From NCBI GenBank assembly GCA_001817345.1, contig MHIE01000003.1, positions 29,423 through 80,958 of the forward strand: a DNA stretch of 51,536 bases, written 5' to 3'. A program made the translations under genes and the position numbers. The notes beneath the pieces were generated by a model. That model did no database searches. It was not told the DNA's origin and worked only from the letters and a program-made list of their open reading frames with translations. Each line of letters starts with the position of its first letter. Position 1 is the first letter of the stretch. Of the stretch, positions 9,516 to 19,768 are shown piece by piece. This DNA is from Candidatus Buchananbacteria bacterium RIFCSPHIGHO2_01_FULL_44_11. GTDB lineage: Bacteria > Patescibacteriota > Patescibacteriia > Buchananbacterales > UBA6539.

Positions 9516-11345
9516 ATGCCTGAAGAAAAAGAAAATTTGACGGCCAATCCGCCCAAAAAAAATGACATCGTTTTTTTAGCCGAAACCAATTTTCGCAATA
9601 AAAAAACGAAGTTTGGCATTAAAAGTGACGACCGGCGTCGCCACACTTATTTGATTGGTAAAACCGGCATGGGCAAATCAACGGTGATGGAAAACATGAT
9701 TATCCAGGATATTCGCAACGGTAACGGCGTCGCTCTGGTTGACCCTCACGGTGACTTCGCCGAAAATATACTAGATTTTGTCCCATCCAATCGGGTCAAT
9801 GACGTTGTTTATTTGAACCCGGCCGACTTTGAATATCCCATTGCCTTTAACGTCATGGAGTCGGTCTCTCAAGAACACAAACACCTAATTGCCTCGGGCT
9901 TAGTGGGCGTTTTTAAAAAACTCTGGGCTGATTCCTGGGGCCCAAGATTGGAATATGTTTTACGTAACACTATTTTAGCCCTACTGGATTACCCTGGCAG
10001 TACGTTACTGGGCGTCATGCGAGTTTTGGTGGATAAAAGCTACCGGGCCAAAGTCGTAGAAAAAATTAAAGATCCGGTGGTTAAATCGTTTTGGGTTGAA
10101 GAGTATTCTAAATATCCGCAACAGTTTCAAGCCGAAGCCATTGCGCCAATTCAAAACAAAGTCGGCCAATTCCTGTCAACGGCATTGATCAGAAATATTG
10201 TCGGCCAGGTCAAGTCGACGATAGACTTGCGGGATATAATGGATAACCAAAAAATATTAATCATGAACCTGTCCAAGGGTCGAATCGGTGAAGATTCTTC
10301 GGCTCTCCTGGGAGCGATGATGATCACTAAAATTCAATTGGCCGCCATGAGCCGAATTGATACGCCGGAAGAAAAACGAAAAGATTTTTATCTATATGTT
10401 GATGAATTTCAAAATTTTGCCACCGAATCTTTTGCTAATATTTTGTCTGAAGCGCGTAAATACCGCCTGGATTTAATTATCGGCCATCAATATATTGAGC
10501 AGCTGGATGAAACTGTCCAGCCGGCGGTTTTCGGCAACGTTGGTACTATTATGTGTTTTAGGGTCGGTGCGACCGATGCGGAATTTTTGGCCAAAGAATT
10601 TGCCCCTTACTTCACCGAAGAAGACTTGGTCAATTTGGCTAAATATAACATTTACATGAAGCTGATGATTAACGGCGTTGCTTCAAATCCATTTTCCGCC
10701 ACCACTCTACCGCCTTTGAGCACGGCCGACCATCAAACCAGCAATAAAGAAAAAATCATTAAAGTCTCAAGGGAACGTTACAGCAAGCCCCGAGAAGTTG
10801 TTGAAGATAAGATCACCCGCTGGAGCGGCGTGGAAATCAATAAAGCCGGAACCACTGAAAGTCCCAGTCAGCTGGTAAGCAGCAGCGATAGAAAATCAAA
10901 ACCAAGAAAGGGATCGGGCAGTGATGACAGAAAAAAGAATGTCTACACGGCTAATTGCTACGAATGCGGCAAACCGACGGAAGTCACCTTTAAACCAGAC
11001 GGGGTTAGGCCTATATACTGCCAAAGTTGCTTTCAAAAAATCAAAGAAAATCTGATTAGAGGCAAAATAGTGGAAGCAGAGCCGGAAGCAATTAATGAGC
11101 CGGAAATCAGCTTAAGCGAAGCCTTGACCAAAAAACCAGTCACCTTTGGCCAGGAGCTAAAAAAACAAGATCAAGATAGCGAAAACCGAAGGCCCCTTAG
11201 CCCGACACCCCAACCCAGAGCTTTAAACAGTGAAAATCTTCAAGAAAATACCACCAACGCGAGCAATAATCAACAAAACAGGGGAGAGGGCCAAAAAATC
11301 GGCGGGCTTAAAGATTTAAGCCCGGGCGAAGTGGTAAAATTTTAG
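9516..11345 (+). CDS. VirD4/TrwB/HerA-family P-loop ATPase with a C-terminal CxxC-x17-CxxC zinc ribbon
   Basis: HTYLIGKTGMGKS, VDPHG, YLYVDEFQNF, SEARKY, HQY; CYECG...PIYCQSC. Confidence 0.85.
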   Translation: MPEEKENLTANPPKKNDIVFLAETNFRNKKTKFGIKSDDRRRHTYLIGKTGMGKSTVMENMIIQDIRNGNGVALVDPHGDFAENILDFVPSNRVNDVVYLNPADFEYPIAFNVMESVSQEHKHLIASGLVGVFKKLWADSWGPRLEYVLRNTILALLDYPGSTLLGVMRVLVDKSYRAKVVEKIKDPVVKSFWVEEYSKYPQQFQAEAIAPIQNKVGQFLSTALIRNIVGQVKSTIDLRDIMDNQKILIMNLSKGRIGEDSSALLGAMMITKIQLAAMSRIDTPEEKRKDFYLYVDEFQNFATESFANILSEARKYRLDLIIGHQYIEQLDETVQPAVFGNVGTIMCFRVGATDAEFLAKEFAPYFTEEDLVNLAKYNIYMKLMINGVASNPFSATTLPPLSTADHQTSNKEKIIKVSRERYSKPREVVEDKITRWSGVEINKAGTTESPSQLVSSSDRKSKPRKGSGSDDRKKNVYTANCYECGKPTEVTFKPDGVRPIYCQSCFQKIKENLIRGKIVEAEPEAINEPEISLSEALTKKPVTFGQELKKQDQDSENRRPLSPTPQPRALNSENLQENTTNASNNQQNRGEGQKIGGLKDLSPGEVVKF

Positions 11346-11478
11346 CTTTTGACATTCCGGCCGGCCTTGGGTAAAATGGAGGCTGGATTATTTTTTTTAT
11401 TTTATGTAATGAAATCCAAACTTTTGCGTCTATTTTAGTGAAAGGTTCAAAATTAATCTTTATTTTTTAAGGTAAATT

Positions 11479-12783
11479 ATGAAAATAGCAATTATTGGTA
11501 CCGGTTACGTCGGCTTAACTACCGGGGTCTGCTTGGCCGATTTAGGACACCAGGTCGTCTGCATTGATCACAATCCAGACAAAGTGGCGAGACTAAAACA
11601 GGGGATATCGCCGATTTTTGAACCGGGAATTGAAGATTTAATTAAAAAAAATCTGAACAAAAATTTAGCCTTTGAAGTGGAAATTGCTCCGGCAGTAAAA
11701 AACTCCGAAGTAATTTTTATTTGCGTTAACACGCCGCCTAAACCCAATGGCCAGGCTGATTTAAAATATATTGAAAAAGCAGCTAGGGAAATCGCCCAAT
11801 TTATGAACAGCGATTATAAAGTCATTGTTGACAAAAGTACGGTGCCGGTCAGGACCGCGGAAAAAGTCAAAGAAACGATTATGGCTTATGCGACCGAAAA
11901 AACGAAATTTGACGTCGTCTCTAACCCGGAATTTCTTCGAGAAGGCAGCGCCATTAAAGACACCTTAAACCCCGATCGGATTGTCATTGGCGTAGACAGT
12001 GACCAAGCCAAAGAAAAAATGCTAGAGGTATATAAACCCTTGATTGAAAAAGAAAATTCCATCGTTAAAATCGTTTCAGTTCGCAGTGCCGAACTGATCA
12101 AGCATGGCGCCAACACCTTCCTGGCGACCAAAATTTCTTTTGCTAACCTCATGGCCGAAACCTGCGAAGCCGCCGGCGCTGACGCCCTGGAAGTTCTGGA
12201 AGCAATCGGTCTGGACAAAAGAATCGGCCACCAATTTCTTAGCCCAGGCATTGGTTTTGGCGGTTCTTGCTTTCCCAAAGACATTGCCGCCTACAAAAAA
12301 ACGCTGGAAATTCTGGGCATCGACTACTCTTTTGTCAGCGCCGTTGAAGAAATCAACCGTCGCGCCCAGGAAAATTTTCTCCATAAAATCGAAAAAGAAC
12401 TGTGGGTTTTAGACGGCAAACAAATCGGAATCTTAGGCCTGGCCTTCAAGCCCAATACCGACGACATCCGCAATGCCCCAGCTCTAAAAATTATTGAAAA
12501 ACTGAAAAATGACGGCGCCAAAATTAAAGTCTATGATCCTCAAGCCATGGCAAACGTTAAAAAACTTTTTTCAGACATTGAATATTGTGACAACCCATAT
12601 CTGGCCGCCCAAGACGCCGAAGCGTTACTGATTTGCACTGAGTGGGACGAGTTTAAGAATTTAGATTTAGCAAAAATCAAAAAAATAATGTTAACACCAG
12701 TTATTTTTGACGGCCGGAACATTTTTAACCCCCAGACAGTCAGAGACATGGGATTCAAGTACTCCGGCATTGGCCGACCCTAG
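11479..12783 (+). CDS. ugd: UDP-glucose/GDP-mannose 6-dehydrogenase
   Basis: GTGYVG, KSTVPV, NPEFLREG, GFGGSCFPKD, GLAFKPNTDDIR, DGRN. Confidence 0.93.
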   Translation: MKIAIIGTGYVGLTTGVCLADLGHQVVCIDHNPDKVARLKQGISPIFEPGIEDLIKKNLNKNLAFEVEIAPAVKNSEVIFICVNTPPKPNGQADLKYIEKAAREIAQFMNSDYKVIVDKSTVPVRTAEKVKETIMAYATEKTKFDVVSNPEFLREGSAIKDTLNPDRIVIGVDSDQAKEKMLEVYKPLIEKENSIVKIVSVRSAELIKHGANTFLATKISFANLMAETCEAAGADALEVLEAIGLDKRIGHQFLSPGIGFGGSCFPKDIAAYKKTLEILGIDYSFVSAVEEINRRAQENFLHKIEKELWVLDGKQIGILGLAFKPNTDDIRNAPALKIIEKLKNDGAKIKVYDPQAMANVKKLFSDIEYCDNPYLAAQDAEALLICTEWDEFKNLDLAKIKKIMLTPVIFDGRNIFNPQTVRDMGFKYSGIGRP

Positions 12784-12811
12784 CTTCCGGAAGATCAAGT
12801 AAAATCTATGG

Positions 12812-12847
12812 ATTAGACCCGAACGTTCAACTCGGGTCTAATTTTTT
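12812..12847 (+). terminator. Intrinsic terminator after ugd
   Basis: ATTAGACCCGA/TCGGGTCTAAT stem plus T run. Confidence 0.7.
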
Positions 12848-12887
12848 CACTAAATCACCTAGGCTAAATTGATATCAAGCGGCTGAC

Positions 12888-12915
12888 TTGACAGCCTAAA
12901 AATTTATGCTACAAT
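12888..12915 (+). promoter_or_regulatory. clpB promoter
   Basis: TTGACA-16 bp-TACAAT with an extended -10 TG. Confidence 0.75.
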
Positions 12916-12919
12916 CAAG

Positions 12920-12946
12920 TTAGCACTCTCAGTACTAGAGTGCTAA
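12920..12946 (+). promoter_or_regulatory. CIRCE operator (HrcA binding site)
   Basis: Exact TTAGCACTC-N9-GAGTGCTAA just downstream of the promoter and upstream of clpB. Confidence 0.95.
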
Positions 12947-13035
12947 CTCCGTTAAAAACCCAAACAAAATAAATTTTAGACGATCTGACTGCCACAATAA
13001 AGGGTACCCACCGCAGAGCTTGCTCTATGAGTGGT

Positions 13036-13190
13036 CCCCGTTAGAGTTGACGGCGCAACAGTAATGGTGGAATTTATTAAACTCTAACGGGGCTCACTCG
13101 ATCCGCCTTAGGCGGATACTCGCTCCGTTCGGCAATAAATAATTTTCTCTGATATAATGTATCTAGTCGGCTAATTGGTTTCTAACGGGG
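13036..13190. repeat. Cluster of GC-clamped palindromes in the clpB leader
   Basis: CCCCGTTAGAG...CTCTAACGGGG, ATCCGCCTTAGGCGGAT and a second TCTAACGGGG. Confidence 0.7.
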
Positions 13191-13209
13191 CTAATTAAAC
13201 CCACAAAAT

Positions 13210-15819
13210 ATGAACCCACAAAAACTCACTCTTAAAGCCCAGGAGGCACTCCAAAAATCTTTGGAAATTGCCGCGGAAAGGGGTCAGCCAGAAATCACCC
13301 TAACCCATCTGCTCTCGGCCCTCCTGGAGCAGGCGGAGGGAATTATTCCGGCGGTTTTTAAAAAATTGGAAATTGATTTAAACCAGCTGGAAAAACAACT
13401 CTCAGTTAGGCTGGATAAATTGCCTCAGGTCAGCGGCGGCGGGCTGGCCCAACAAATCATGAACCCGGAATTCCAAAAGGTTTTATTCCAGGCGGAAAAA
13501 GAAGCAAAAAAAATCCATGATGAATATATCAGCACGGAGCATTTTTTGCTGGCACTAATTGAAGTACCCTCGGAAATGGCAAGCCTACTTGAATCGCTAG
13601 GCATTAACTACGACAACGTCTTAAAAGTCCTTCAGGAAACCCGCGGCAGCCACCTGATCACCGATCCGGAACCGGAGAGTAAATACCAAGCTTTAGCTAA
13701 ATACGGCATCAACCTGACTCAAGCGGCTAAAGACGGCAAACTGGACCCGATTATCGGCCGCGACCAGGAAATCAGACGCATTATGCAGGTACTGTCGCGC
13801 CGAACCAAAAATAATCCCGTTTTAATCGGCGAACCCGGCACGGGTAAAACCGCTGTGGCTGAAGGTTTGGCTCAAAGAATCACTAGCGGGGATGTGCCGG
13901 AAAGCCTTAAAGGTAAAGAAGTAATTGCCTTAGATATTGGCAGCTTAGTAGCCGGAACAAAATTCCGCGGTGAATTTGAAGACCGACTCAAAGCGGTGCT
14001 CAAAGAAATTGAAGCGGCCGCCGGCCGAGTAATTCTGTTTATTGATGAACTCCATTTGGTAGTCGGCGCCGGCGGCGCTGAAGGCGCGGTAGACGCAGCC
14101 AATATGCTCAAACCGGCCTTAGCTCGGGGTACGCTTCATGCTATTGGCGCTACCACCCTTAAAGAATACCAAAAGTACATTGAAAAAGACGCTGCCTTAG
14201 AACGACGGTTCCAACCGGTCTATGTTGGCGAGCCAAGCATTGAAGACACGATTGCCATCCTTCGTGGAATTAAAGAAAAGTACGAGATCCATCACGGCGT
14301 AAAAATTACCGATTCGGCGATTTTAGCGGCCGCTAACTTATCCTCACGCTACATTACCGACCGCTTTTTGCCGGATAAAGCGATTGACCTGATTGACGAA
14401 GCTAGTTCCGCCTTACGAATGGAAATTGATTCAATGCCAGAGGATTTAGATATCTTAAAAAGAAAAATTACCCAACTCGAGATTGAAAAGCAAGCCTTAA
14501 AAAAAGAAAAAAACAAAACCAGCCTGGAAAAACTCAAGCAGCTGGAAAAACAGCTGGCCGACTTTAAAGAAAAAAGCAATCAAATAGAAATCCAGTGGCG
14601 CAATGAAAAAGATTTGATCAAAAAAATCCAGGATTACAAAAACCAAATCGATCAACTGAAGATCGAGTCCGAGAAGCTGGAAAGAAAAAGCGAACTGGAA
14701 AAAGTGGCGGAAATAAAATACGGCAGAATTCCGGAACTAGAAAAAGCCGTTAAAGAAACCGCCAAAAAACTGGCGACGGTCCAAAAAAATAAAAAAATAT
14801 TGAAAGAAGAAATCAACGAAGAGGATATTGCCGCCGTAGTTTCTCGCTGGACCAGGATTCCGGTGACTAAAATGTTAGGCAGTGAAATCGAAAAATTAGC
14901 CCACCTAGAAGATGAATTGAACAAAAGAGTGGTCGGCCAAGACAAAGCTTTGAAGTCAATTGCCAACGCCGTCCGGCGCTCCCGGGCCGGCATTGCTGAA
15001 ACCGATAAGCCAATCGGATCATTTCTTTTTTTGGGGCCAACCGGCGTAGGCAAAACCGAAACCGCCAAGGCTCTGGCCGAAAACATGTTTAATGACCAAA
15101 AAGCGCTGGTCCGACTGGATATGTCCGAATACATGGAAAAGCACAGCGTTTCAAAAATCATGGGCTCACCGCCCGGTTATATTGGCTACGAAGAAGGCGG
15201 ACAGCTGACCGAAATCATCCGTCGCCGGCCTTATTCGGTAATTTTATTCGATGAAATAGAAAAGGCCCATCCTGACGTCTATAACATTTTACTCCAAATT
15301 TTAGACGATGGTCGGCTGACTGACGCCAAGGGTCGGGTGGTAAACTTTAAAAATGCCATCATTATTATGACCTCCAACTTAGGCAGCGAGGTAATTAAAG
15401 AATACTCACTGGGCTTCACCGACCAAAAAAGGCAGGAGACAATTGACCAAAAAGAGATGACTGAACGGATCACCACGATTCTTAATCAATCATTCAGACC
15501 GGAATTTTTGAATCGGATTGACGAAATTATCGTCTTTTCCGCTCTGCAAAAAGAAGAAATAAAACAAATTGTTAATCTCCAGCTGACAACCGTCAAACAA
15601 AGATTGGGTGAAAAAAATATTCAGATTCAATTCACCGATCGCCTGAAGGATTTTTTGGCCGAAAAGGGTTTTGACCCAATTTACGGCGCCCGGCCCCTGA
15701 AACGGCTGATTCAAAACCAGGTTTTGGATCAATTGGCCATGAAAATTATTGAGGGCAAAATCAAAGAAGATAAAAAAGTAACAATTGACGTGAACAAAGA
15801 AAAGGTGATAATCAATTAA
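13210..15819 (+). CDS. clpB: ATP-dependent disaggregase ClpB
   Basis: Two AAA+ modules ([16 protein letters not shown]), long middle coiled coil, GARPLKR. Confidence 0.96.
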   Translation: MNPQKLTLKAQEALQKSLEIAAERGQPEITLTHLLSALLEQAEGIIPAVFKKLEIDLNQLEKQLSVRLDKLPQVSGGGLAQQIMNPEFQKVLFQAEKEAKKIHDEYISTEHFLLALIEVPSEMASLLESLGINYDNVLKVLQETRGSHLITDPEPESKYQALAKYGINLTQAAKDGKLDPIIGRDQEIRRIMQVLSRRTKNNPVLIGEPGTGKTAVAEGLAQRITSGDVPESLKGKEVIALDIGSLVAGTKFRGEFEDRLKAVLKEIEAAAGRVILFIDELHLVVGAGGAEGAVDAANMLKPALARGTLHAIGATTLKEYQKYIEKDAALERRFQPVYVGEPSIEDTIAILRGIKEKYEIHHGVKITDSAILAAANLSSRYITDRFLPDKAIDLIDEASSALRMEIDSMPEDLDILKRKITQLEIEKQALKKEKNKTSLEKLKQLEKQLADFKEKSNQIEIQWRNEKDLIKKIQDYKNQIDQLKIESEKLERKSELEKVAEIKYGRIPELEKAVKETAKKLATVQKNKKILKEEINEEDIAAVVSRWTRIPVTKMLGSEIEKLAHLEDELNKRVVGQDKALKSIANAVRRSRAGIAETDKPIGSFLFLGPTGVGKTETAKALAENMFNDQKALVRLDMSEYMEKHSVSKIMGSPPGYIGYEEGGQLTEIIRRRPYSVILFDEIEKAHPDVYNILLQILDDGRLTDAKGRVVNFKNAIIIMTSNLGSEVIKEYSLGFTDQKRQETIDQKEMTERITTILNQSFRPEFLNRIDEIIVFSALQKEEIKQIVNLQLTTVKQRLGEKNIQIQFTDRLKDFLAEKGFDPIYGARPLKRLIQNQVLDQLAMKIIEGKIKEDKKVTIDVNKEKVIIN

Positions 15820-15825
15820 AGCCAA

Positions 15826-15867
15826 TAAAAAAGTAGAGAGTCCCAACTGGTCGTCTCTACTTTTTTA
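15826..15867. terminator. Bidirectional intrinsic terminator
   Basis: TAAAAAAGTAGAGA/TCTCTACTTTTTTA between convergent genes. Confidence 0.75.
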
Positions 15868-15879
15868 TGGTTGTTTTAA

Positions 15880-16011
15880 TTACATTGCGTTATCATCGCC
15901 GCCTTCGTCGCCGGCAGCTTCTTCTTCGCCTTCGCTTTCTCCACCAACTTCTTCTACGTCTTCGTCATCGTCAGTTGGTTTAGACATCGCGTCATCATCT
16001 TGAAAAATCAT
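15880..16011 (-). CDS. 43-aa highly acidic small protein, absent from the ORF track
   Basis: MIFQDDDAMSKPTDDDEDVEEVGGESEGEEEAAGDEGGDDNAM; SD GAGGAG; own promoter and terminator. Confidence 0.7.
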   Translation of the reverse strand: MIFQDDDAMSKPTDDDEDVEEVGGESEGEEEAAGDEGGDDNAM

Positions 16012-16109
16012 GTTGATTTCTCCTCTGATTCTGGCTAAATAAGCTTAAAAAACTTTAATCGTCCCTTAAGCAGCTAGCCAAAATTAATTATTAATTATAA
16101 ATCAAATAC

Positions 16110-16138
16110 ATCATAGCAGGCGGAGATATCAGTGTCAA
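16110..16138 (-). promoter_or_regulatory. Promoter of the acidic small ORF
   Basis: TTGACA-17 bp-TATGAT with an extended -10 TG on the minus strand. Confidence 0.7.
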
Positions 16139-16201
16139 GGCGGGTTGTGGACTTTTTGTTGACTCTTTCCCTGAATCCGAATAATATACTATGATAAAAA
16201 T

Positions 16202-17287
16202 ATGGCTAAGACTATTGGAAAGAAAACTAGGGTCTGCATTGCCATGTCCGGCGGGGTTGACTCCTCGGTCGCGGCCGCTTTGCTCAAAAGCCAGGGCTAT
16301 GACTGCATTGGCGCCTTTTTTATTACCTGGACCAAGGACGCCAAAGGTCTAACTAAGTGTCCCTGGGAACAAGACGTTTTTGACGCCCGGCGCGTTTGTG
16401 CTAAATTAGACATCCCGCTTTACGTCTTTAATTTTGAAAAAGATTATAAAAAAAGAGTGGTTGATTATCTTTTTGCGGAATATCGCCAGGGCCGCACGCC
16501 CAATCCAGACATTATGTGTAATAAAGAAATTAAATTTAAGCTTTTTTTAAACAAAGCTAAAGAGATTGGCGCTGATTTTATTGCCACCGGCCATTATGCT
16601 CAGATTAAAAAAAATCAAGGCGGCTATGATCTAGTTAAAGGCAAAGATAAAAATAAAGACCAATCGTATTTTTTGTATACCTTAAATCAAAATCAGCTGA
16701 AGCATACTTTATTTCCGATCGGCCACCTGATAAAACCCCAGGTCCGCCAGCTGGCCAAAAAATTCCGCCTGCCCAACTGGAACAAAAAGGACAGCCAAGG
16801 CATTTGTTTTCTGGGGAAGGTCAAACTGACGGATTTTCTCAAAACAAAGATACCGGTTAAAATCGGCAAAATTGTTGATACCCAAGGCAAGGTGCTGGGC
16901 CAGCACCAGGGCACGGCTTTTTACACCATTGGCCAGCGCCACGGCCTTAATGTCGGCGGGCTAAACGCGCCGTATTATGTGGTTAAAAAAATTAGAAAAA
17001 CCAACACTCTAGTCGTCGGTTTAGACCGGACTAAAGAGTTATTCGCCAAAACTTTGACTGTCGGTAGTCTCAGTTGGGTTAATCAAGCGCCAAAAATTCC
17101 TGGTAATTACCAAGCGAAAATCCGTTACCGCCAGCCGGACCAGAAAGTGAGGATTGCGGCTAAAACCAAAAAAGAAATTAAAGCCGTATTCCCAAAGCCG
17201 CAAAGAGCAGCGGCCCTGGGGCAATCGGTGGTTTTTTACTCCGGCAAAAAGGTTTTGGGTGGGGGCATCATTAATAAAATAAATTGA
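16202..17287 (+). CDS. mnmA: tRNA 2-thiouridine(34) synthase MnmA
   Basis: AMSGGVDSS, TPNPDIMCNKEIKF, ATGHYA, KDQSYFL, KKDSQGICF. Confidence 0.96.
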   Translation: MAKTIGKKTRVCIAMSGGVDSSVAAALLKSQGYDCIGAFFITWTKDAKGLTKCPWEQDVFDARRVCAKLDIPLYVFNFEKDYKKRVVDYLFAEYRQGRTPNPDIMCNKEIKFKLFLNKAKEIGADFIATGHYAQIKKNQGGYDLVKGKDKNKDQSYFLYTLNQNQLKHTLFPIGHLIKPQVRQLAKKFRLPNWNKKDSQGICFLGKVKLTDFLKTKIPVKIGKIVDTQGKVLGQHQGTAFYTIGQRHGLNVGGLNAPYYVVKKIRKTNTLVVGLDRTKELFAKTLTVGSLSWVNQAPKIPGNYQAKIRYRQPDQKVRIAAKTKKEIKAVFPKPQRAAALGQSVVFYSGKKVLGGGIINKIN

Positions 17288-17372
17288 CATCATTAATAAA
17301 ATCCGCTAGGATAACGAGGCTTTCAAGTAAAGCTAAATGTCAGTTGAATTGATTCTGAAAGGAGAATCTAAC

Positions 17373-17543
17373 ATGAGCACTAATGATGCTCGACTGCCTG
17401 GCGATCCTGGCCAAAGGCTCAACGAAAGACAGACCATACACCTGGTCACCGCCCTGCCCTGGGGTAGCGGCGGCCGGGAAGCCTGGATCAAAGCCCACCC
17501 GGATAAACCGGTGCCCAACACGGTCGGCGAAAAGTCGACGTAA
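17373..17543 (+). CDS. 56-aa hypothetical protein in its own transcription unit
   Basis: SD AAAGGAG before ATG 17373; promoter TTGACA-17-TAGGAT (17284-17312); hairpin plus T run at about 17587-17613. Confidence 0.5.
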   Translation: MSTNDARLPGDPGQRLNERQTIHLVTALPWGSGGREAWIKAHPDKPVPNTVGEKST

Positions 17544-17649
17544 CCAAACCGACAGCAAAAAACCAAGATGATCTTTCCAAAGACCGGTGCCTGGAAAACC
17601 AGGTACTTTTTTTCTTGCAAAAAATTGCATTTTTGTTATAATACGACGT

Positions 17650-19563
17650 ATGATAACCGCTAAAGAGCTTAAAGAAAAGTATCTGGAATTTTTCAGAAAA
17701 AGGGGACACACAATTGTCGCCTCCGCTTCTTTGATTCCGGAGAATGATCCAACTGTGCTTTTTACCACCGCTGGCATGCATCCATTGGTGCCATACCTGA
17801 CCGGTCAAAAACACCCCGGCGGTAAAAGACTGGCCGATGTCCAAAAATGCATCCGAACCGGCGATATTGACCAAGTCGGTGATTCGGTTCACCTGACATT
17901 TTTTGAAATGCTGGGCAACTGGTCGCTAGGGGATTATTGGAAAAAAGAAGCCATTGTTTGGAGTTTTGAATTCCTGAATCAGGAATTGGGCATACCGGTT
18001 GATAAACTGGCGGTTTCTTGTTTTGCCGGCGACAAAGCCGTGCCAAAAGACGACGAATCCGCTCAAATTTGGCAAAGCGTCGGTTTGCCGAAAGAAAAAA
18101 TATTTTTTTACGGCCGAGATCAAAACTGGTGGGGACCAGCCGGCCAAACCGGCCCCTGCGGCCCAGATACGGAAATGTACTACGACACTGGTAAACCTGA
18201 GTGCGCTAACTGTAAAGCTAATGGTCCAGCCTGCGACTGCCATAAATATGTCGAGATCTGGAACGACGTGTTTATGCAATACAACAAAACGGCTGATGGC
18301 CGCTACGAAGAACTCAGCCAAAAAAACGTTGACACCGGTATGGGCGTGGAACGAACCGTAGCCGTCTTGAATGGTCAGGCTAGCGTCTTTGAGATTGAAA
18401 GCTTTCAACCGATAGTAAATAAAATATTAGAGCTGGCCAAATCCGATAACGAGCGATCGGTCCGGATTATTGCCGACCATCTGCGGGCCGCCACATTCAT
18501 TTTGGGTGATGAAAGGGGAATCGTGCCTTCCAATGTCGAACAGGGTTATGTCCTACGCCGGCTGATTCGCCGCGCTATCCGCTACGGCAAAGAACTCGGT
18601 ATTACCGATATGTTTACTGCCAAAGTTGCTGAGACGATAATTTCTCAGATGAGTAATGATTATCCCGAGCTGCAACAGAATAAAGACTTTATTTTTGAAC
18701 AATTAATCCAGGAGGAGGAAAAATTTAAAATCGCCATTGAAGAAGGGCTAAAGGCGGCCGAAAAAATATTTGCATCGAAAAAACCTATCGATCGCGATAA
18801 GTTTGTAAAAGTCATGCAGCATGAAGGCAAAAAGCGGATTATTCACAGCATCTTCGAAAATAAAAGACAGAATTTACCGTACGACCTTAAAGAATTCGGC
18901 ATTACTAAAGATGAATTTGATAATGCGTCACTTTCCGGCGAAGAAGCTTTCTACTTATATCAGTCGTTTGGGCTACCAATAGAAATGATTTTGGAGTTGG
19001 CCCGTGAAAAAAACATATTTATGTCAAAAACTGTTTTTGAGAATGAAGCTTTAAAGCATCAAGAGCTGTCTCGAAGCTCTACCACTGGCAAATTCAAAGG
19101 CGGACTGGCTGACCACTCCGAAGCGACCACCAGGCTGCACACAGCTAACCACCTCACTTTAGCCGCCTTGCGCCAGATTTTGGGCGATCACGTCTTTCAG
19201 AAGGGTTCAAACATTACGGCCGAACGGCTGCGCTTTGATTTTTCTCACCCCGAAAAAATGACGCCGGAGCAAATCAAAAAAGTTGAAGCTATTGTCAATG
19301 AGCAAATTCAAAAGGCTTTACCAGTCTCTTGGGTGGAAATGCCTTTGGAAAAAGCCAAGGAGCTAAAGGCGATGGGCGTTTTTGAATCAAAATACGGCCA
19401 GATGGTCAAAGTTTACACTATTGGCGACCCCAATCAGCCATTTTCCAGGGAAATTTGCGGCGGACCCCACGTCCAAAACACCAAAGAACTGGGCCATTTC
19501 CAAATCAGCAAAGAGGAGGCGAGCAGCGCCGGCGTCAGGCGAATTAAAGCGGTTTTGGTCTAA
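17650..19563 (+). CDS. alaS: Alanine--tRNA ligase, short form without the C-Ala domain
   Basis: LFTTAGMHPL, HLTFFEMLGNWS, GPCGP, VDTGMGVER, HTANHL, EICGGPHV, SAGVRRIKA; start placed at ATG 17650. Confidence 0.96.
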   Translation: MITAKELKEKYLEFFRKRGHTIVASASLIPENDPTVLFTTAGMHPLVPYLTGQKHPGGKRLADVQKCIRTGDIDQVGDSVHLTFFEMLGNWSLGDYWKKEAIVWSFEFLNQELGIPVDKLAVSCFAGDKAVPKDDESAQIWQSVGLPKEKIFFYGRDQNWWGPAGQTGPCGPDTEMYYDTGKPECANCKANGPACDCHKYVEIWNDVFMQYNKTADGRYEELSQKNVDTGMGVERTVAVLNGQASVFEIESFQPIVNKILELAKSDNERSVRIIADHLRAATFILGDERGIVPSNVEQGYVLRRLIRRAIRYGKELGITDMFTAKVAETIISQMSNDYPELQQNKDFIFEQLIQEEEKFKIAIEEGLKAAEKIFASKKPIDRDKFVKVMQHEGKKRIIHSIFENKRQNLPYDLKEFGITKDEFDNASLSGEEAFYLYQSFGLPIEMILELAREKNIFMSKTVFENEALKHQELSRSSTTGKFKGGLADHSEATTRLHTANHLTLAALRQILGDHVFQKGSNITAERLRFDFSHPEKMTPEQIKKVEAIVNEQIQKALPVSWVEMPLEKAKELKAMGVFESKYGQMVKVYTIGDPNQPFSREICGGPHVQNTKELGHFQISKEEASSAGVRRIKAVLV

Positions 19564-19597
19564 ATTATTGGTTTATCCTGGATTTCAAAAACCGCTC

Positions 19598-19626
19598 TTG
19601 ACATTATCCACAGTATTATGTAATAT
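19598..19626 (+). promoter_or_regulatory. infA/alpha-operon promoter with a consensus DnaA box in its spacer
   Basis: TTGACA-17-TAATAT; TTATCCACA at 19604-19612. Confidence 0.6.
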
Positions 19627-19768
19627 AGGTATTGACTATTTACAATAAAAAAACTAAGATATTCTACAGTTGTTAAAAGTAAAAAATAAAACATTTAAGC
19701 CATTTTAAATGAAATTCTAGCAAGGCTTGCTTGCTCAGAATTTTATTTTTTCTCAATATCGTTAGGTT

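Noticed and set aside
9516-11345. Conjugative element or ICE
   Set aside because: No relaxase, VirB4, integrase or boundary repeats nearby; composition and context are core-like
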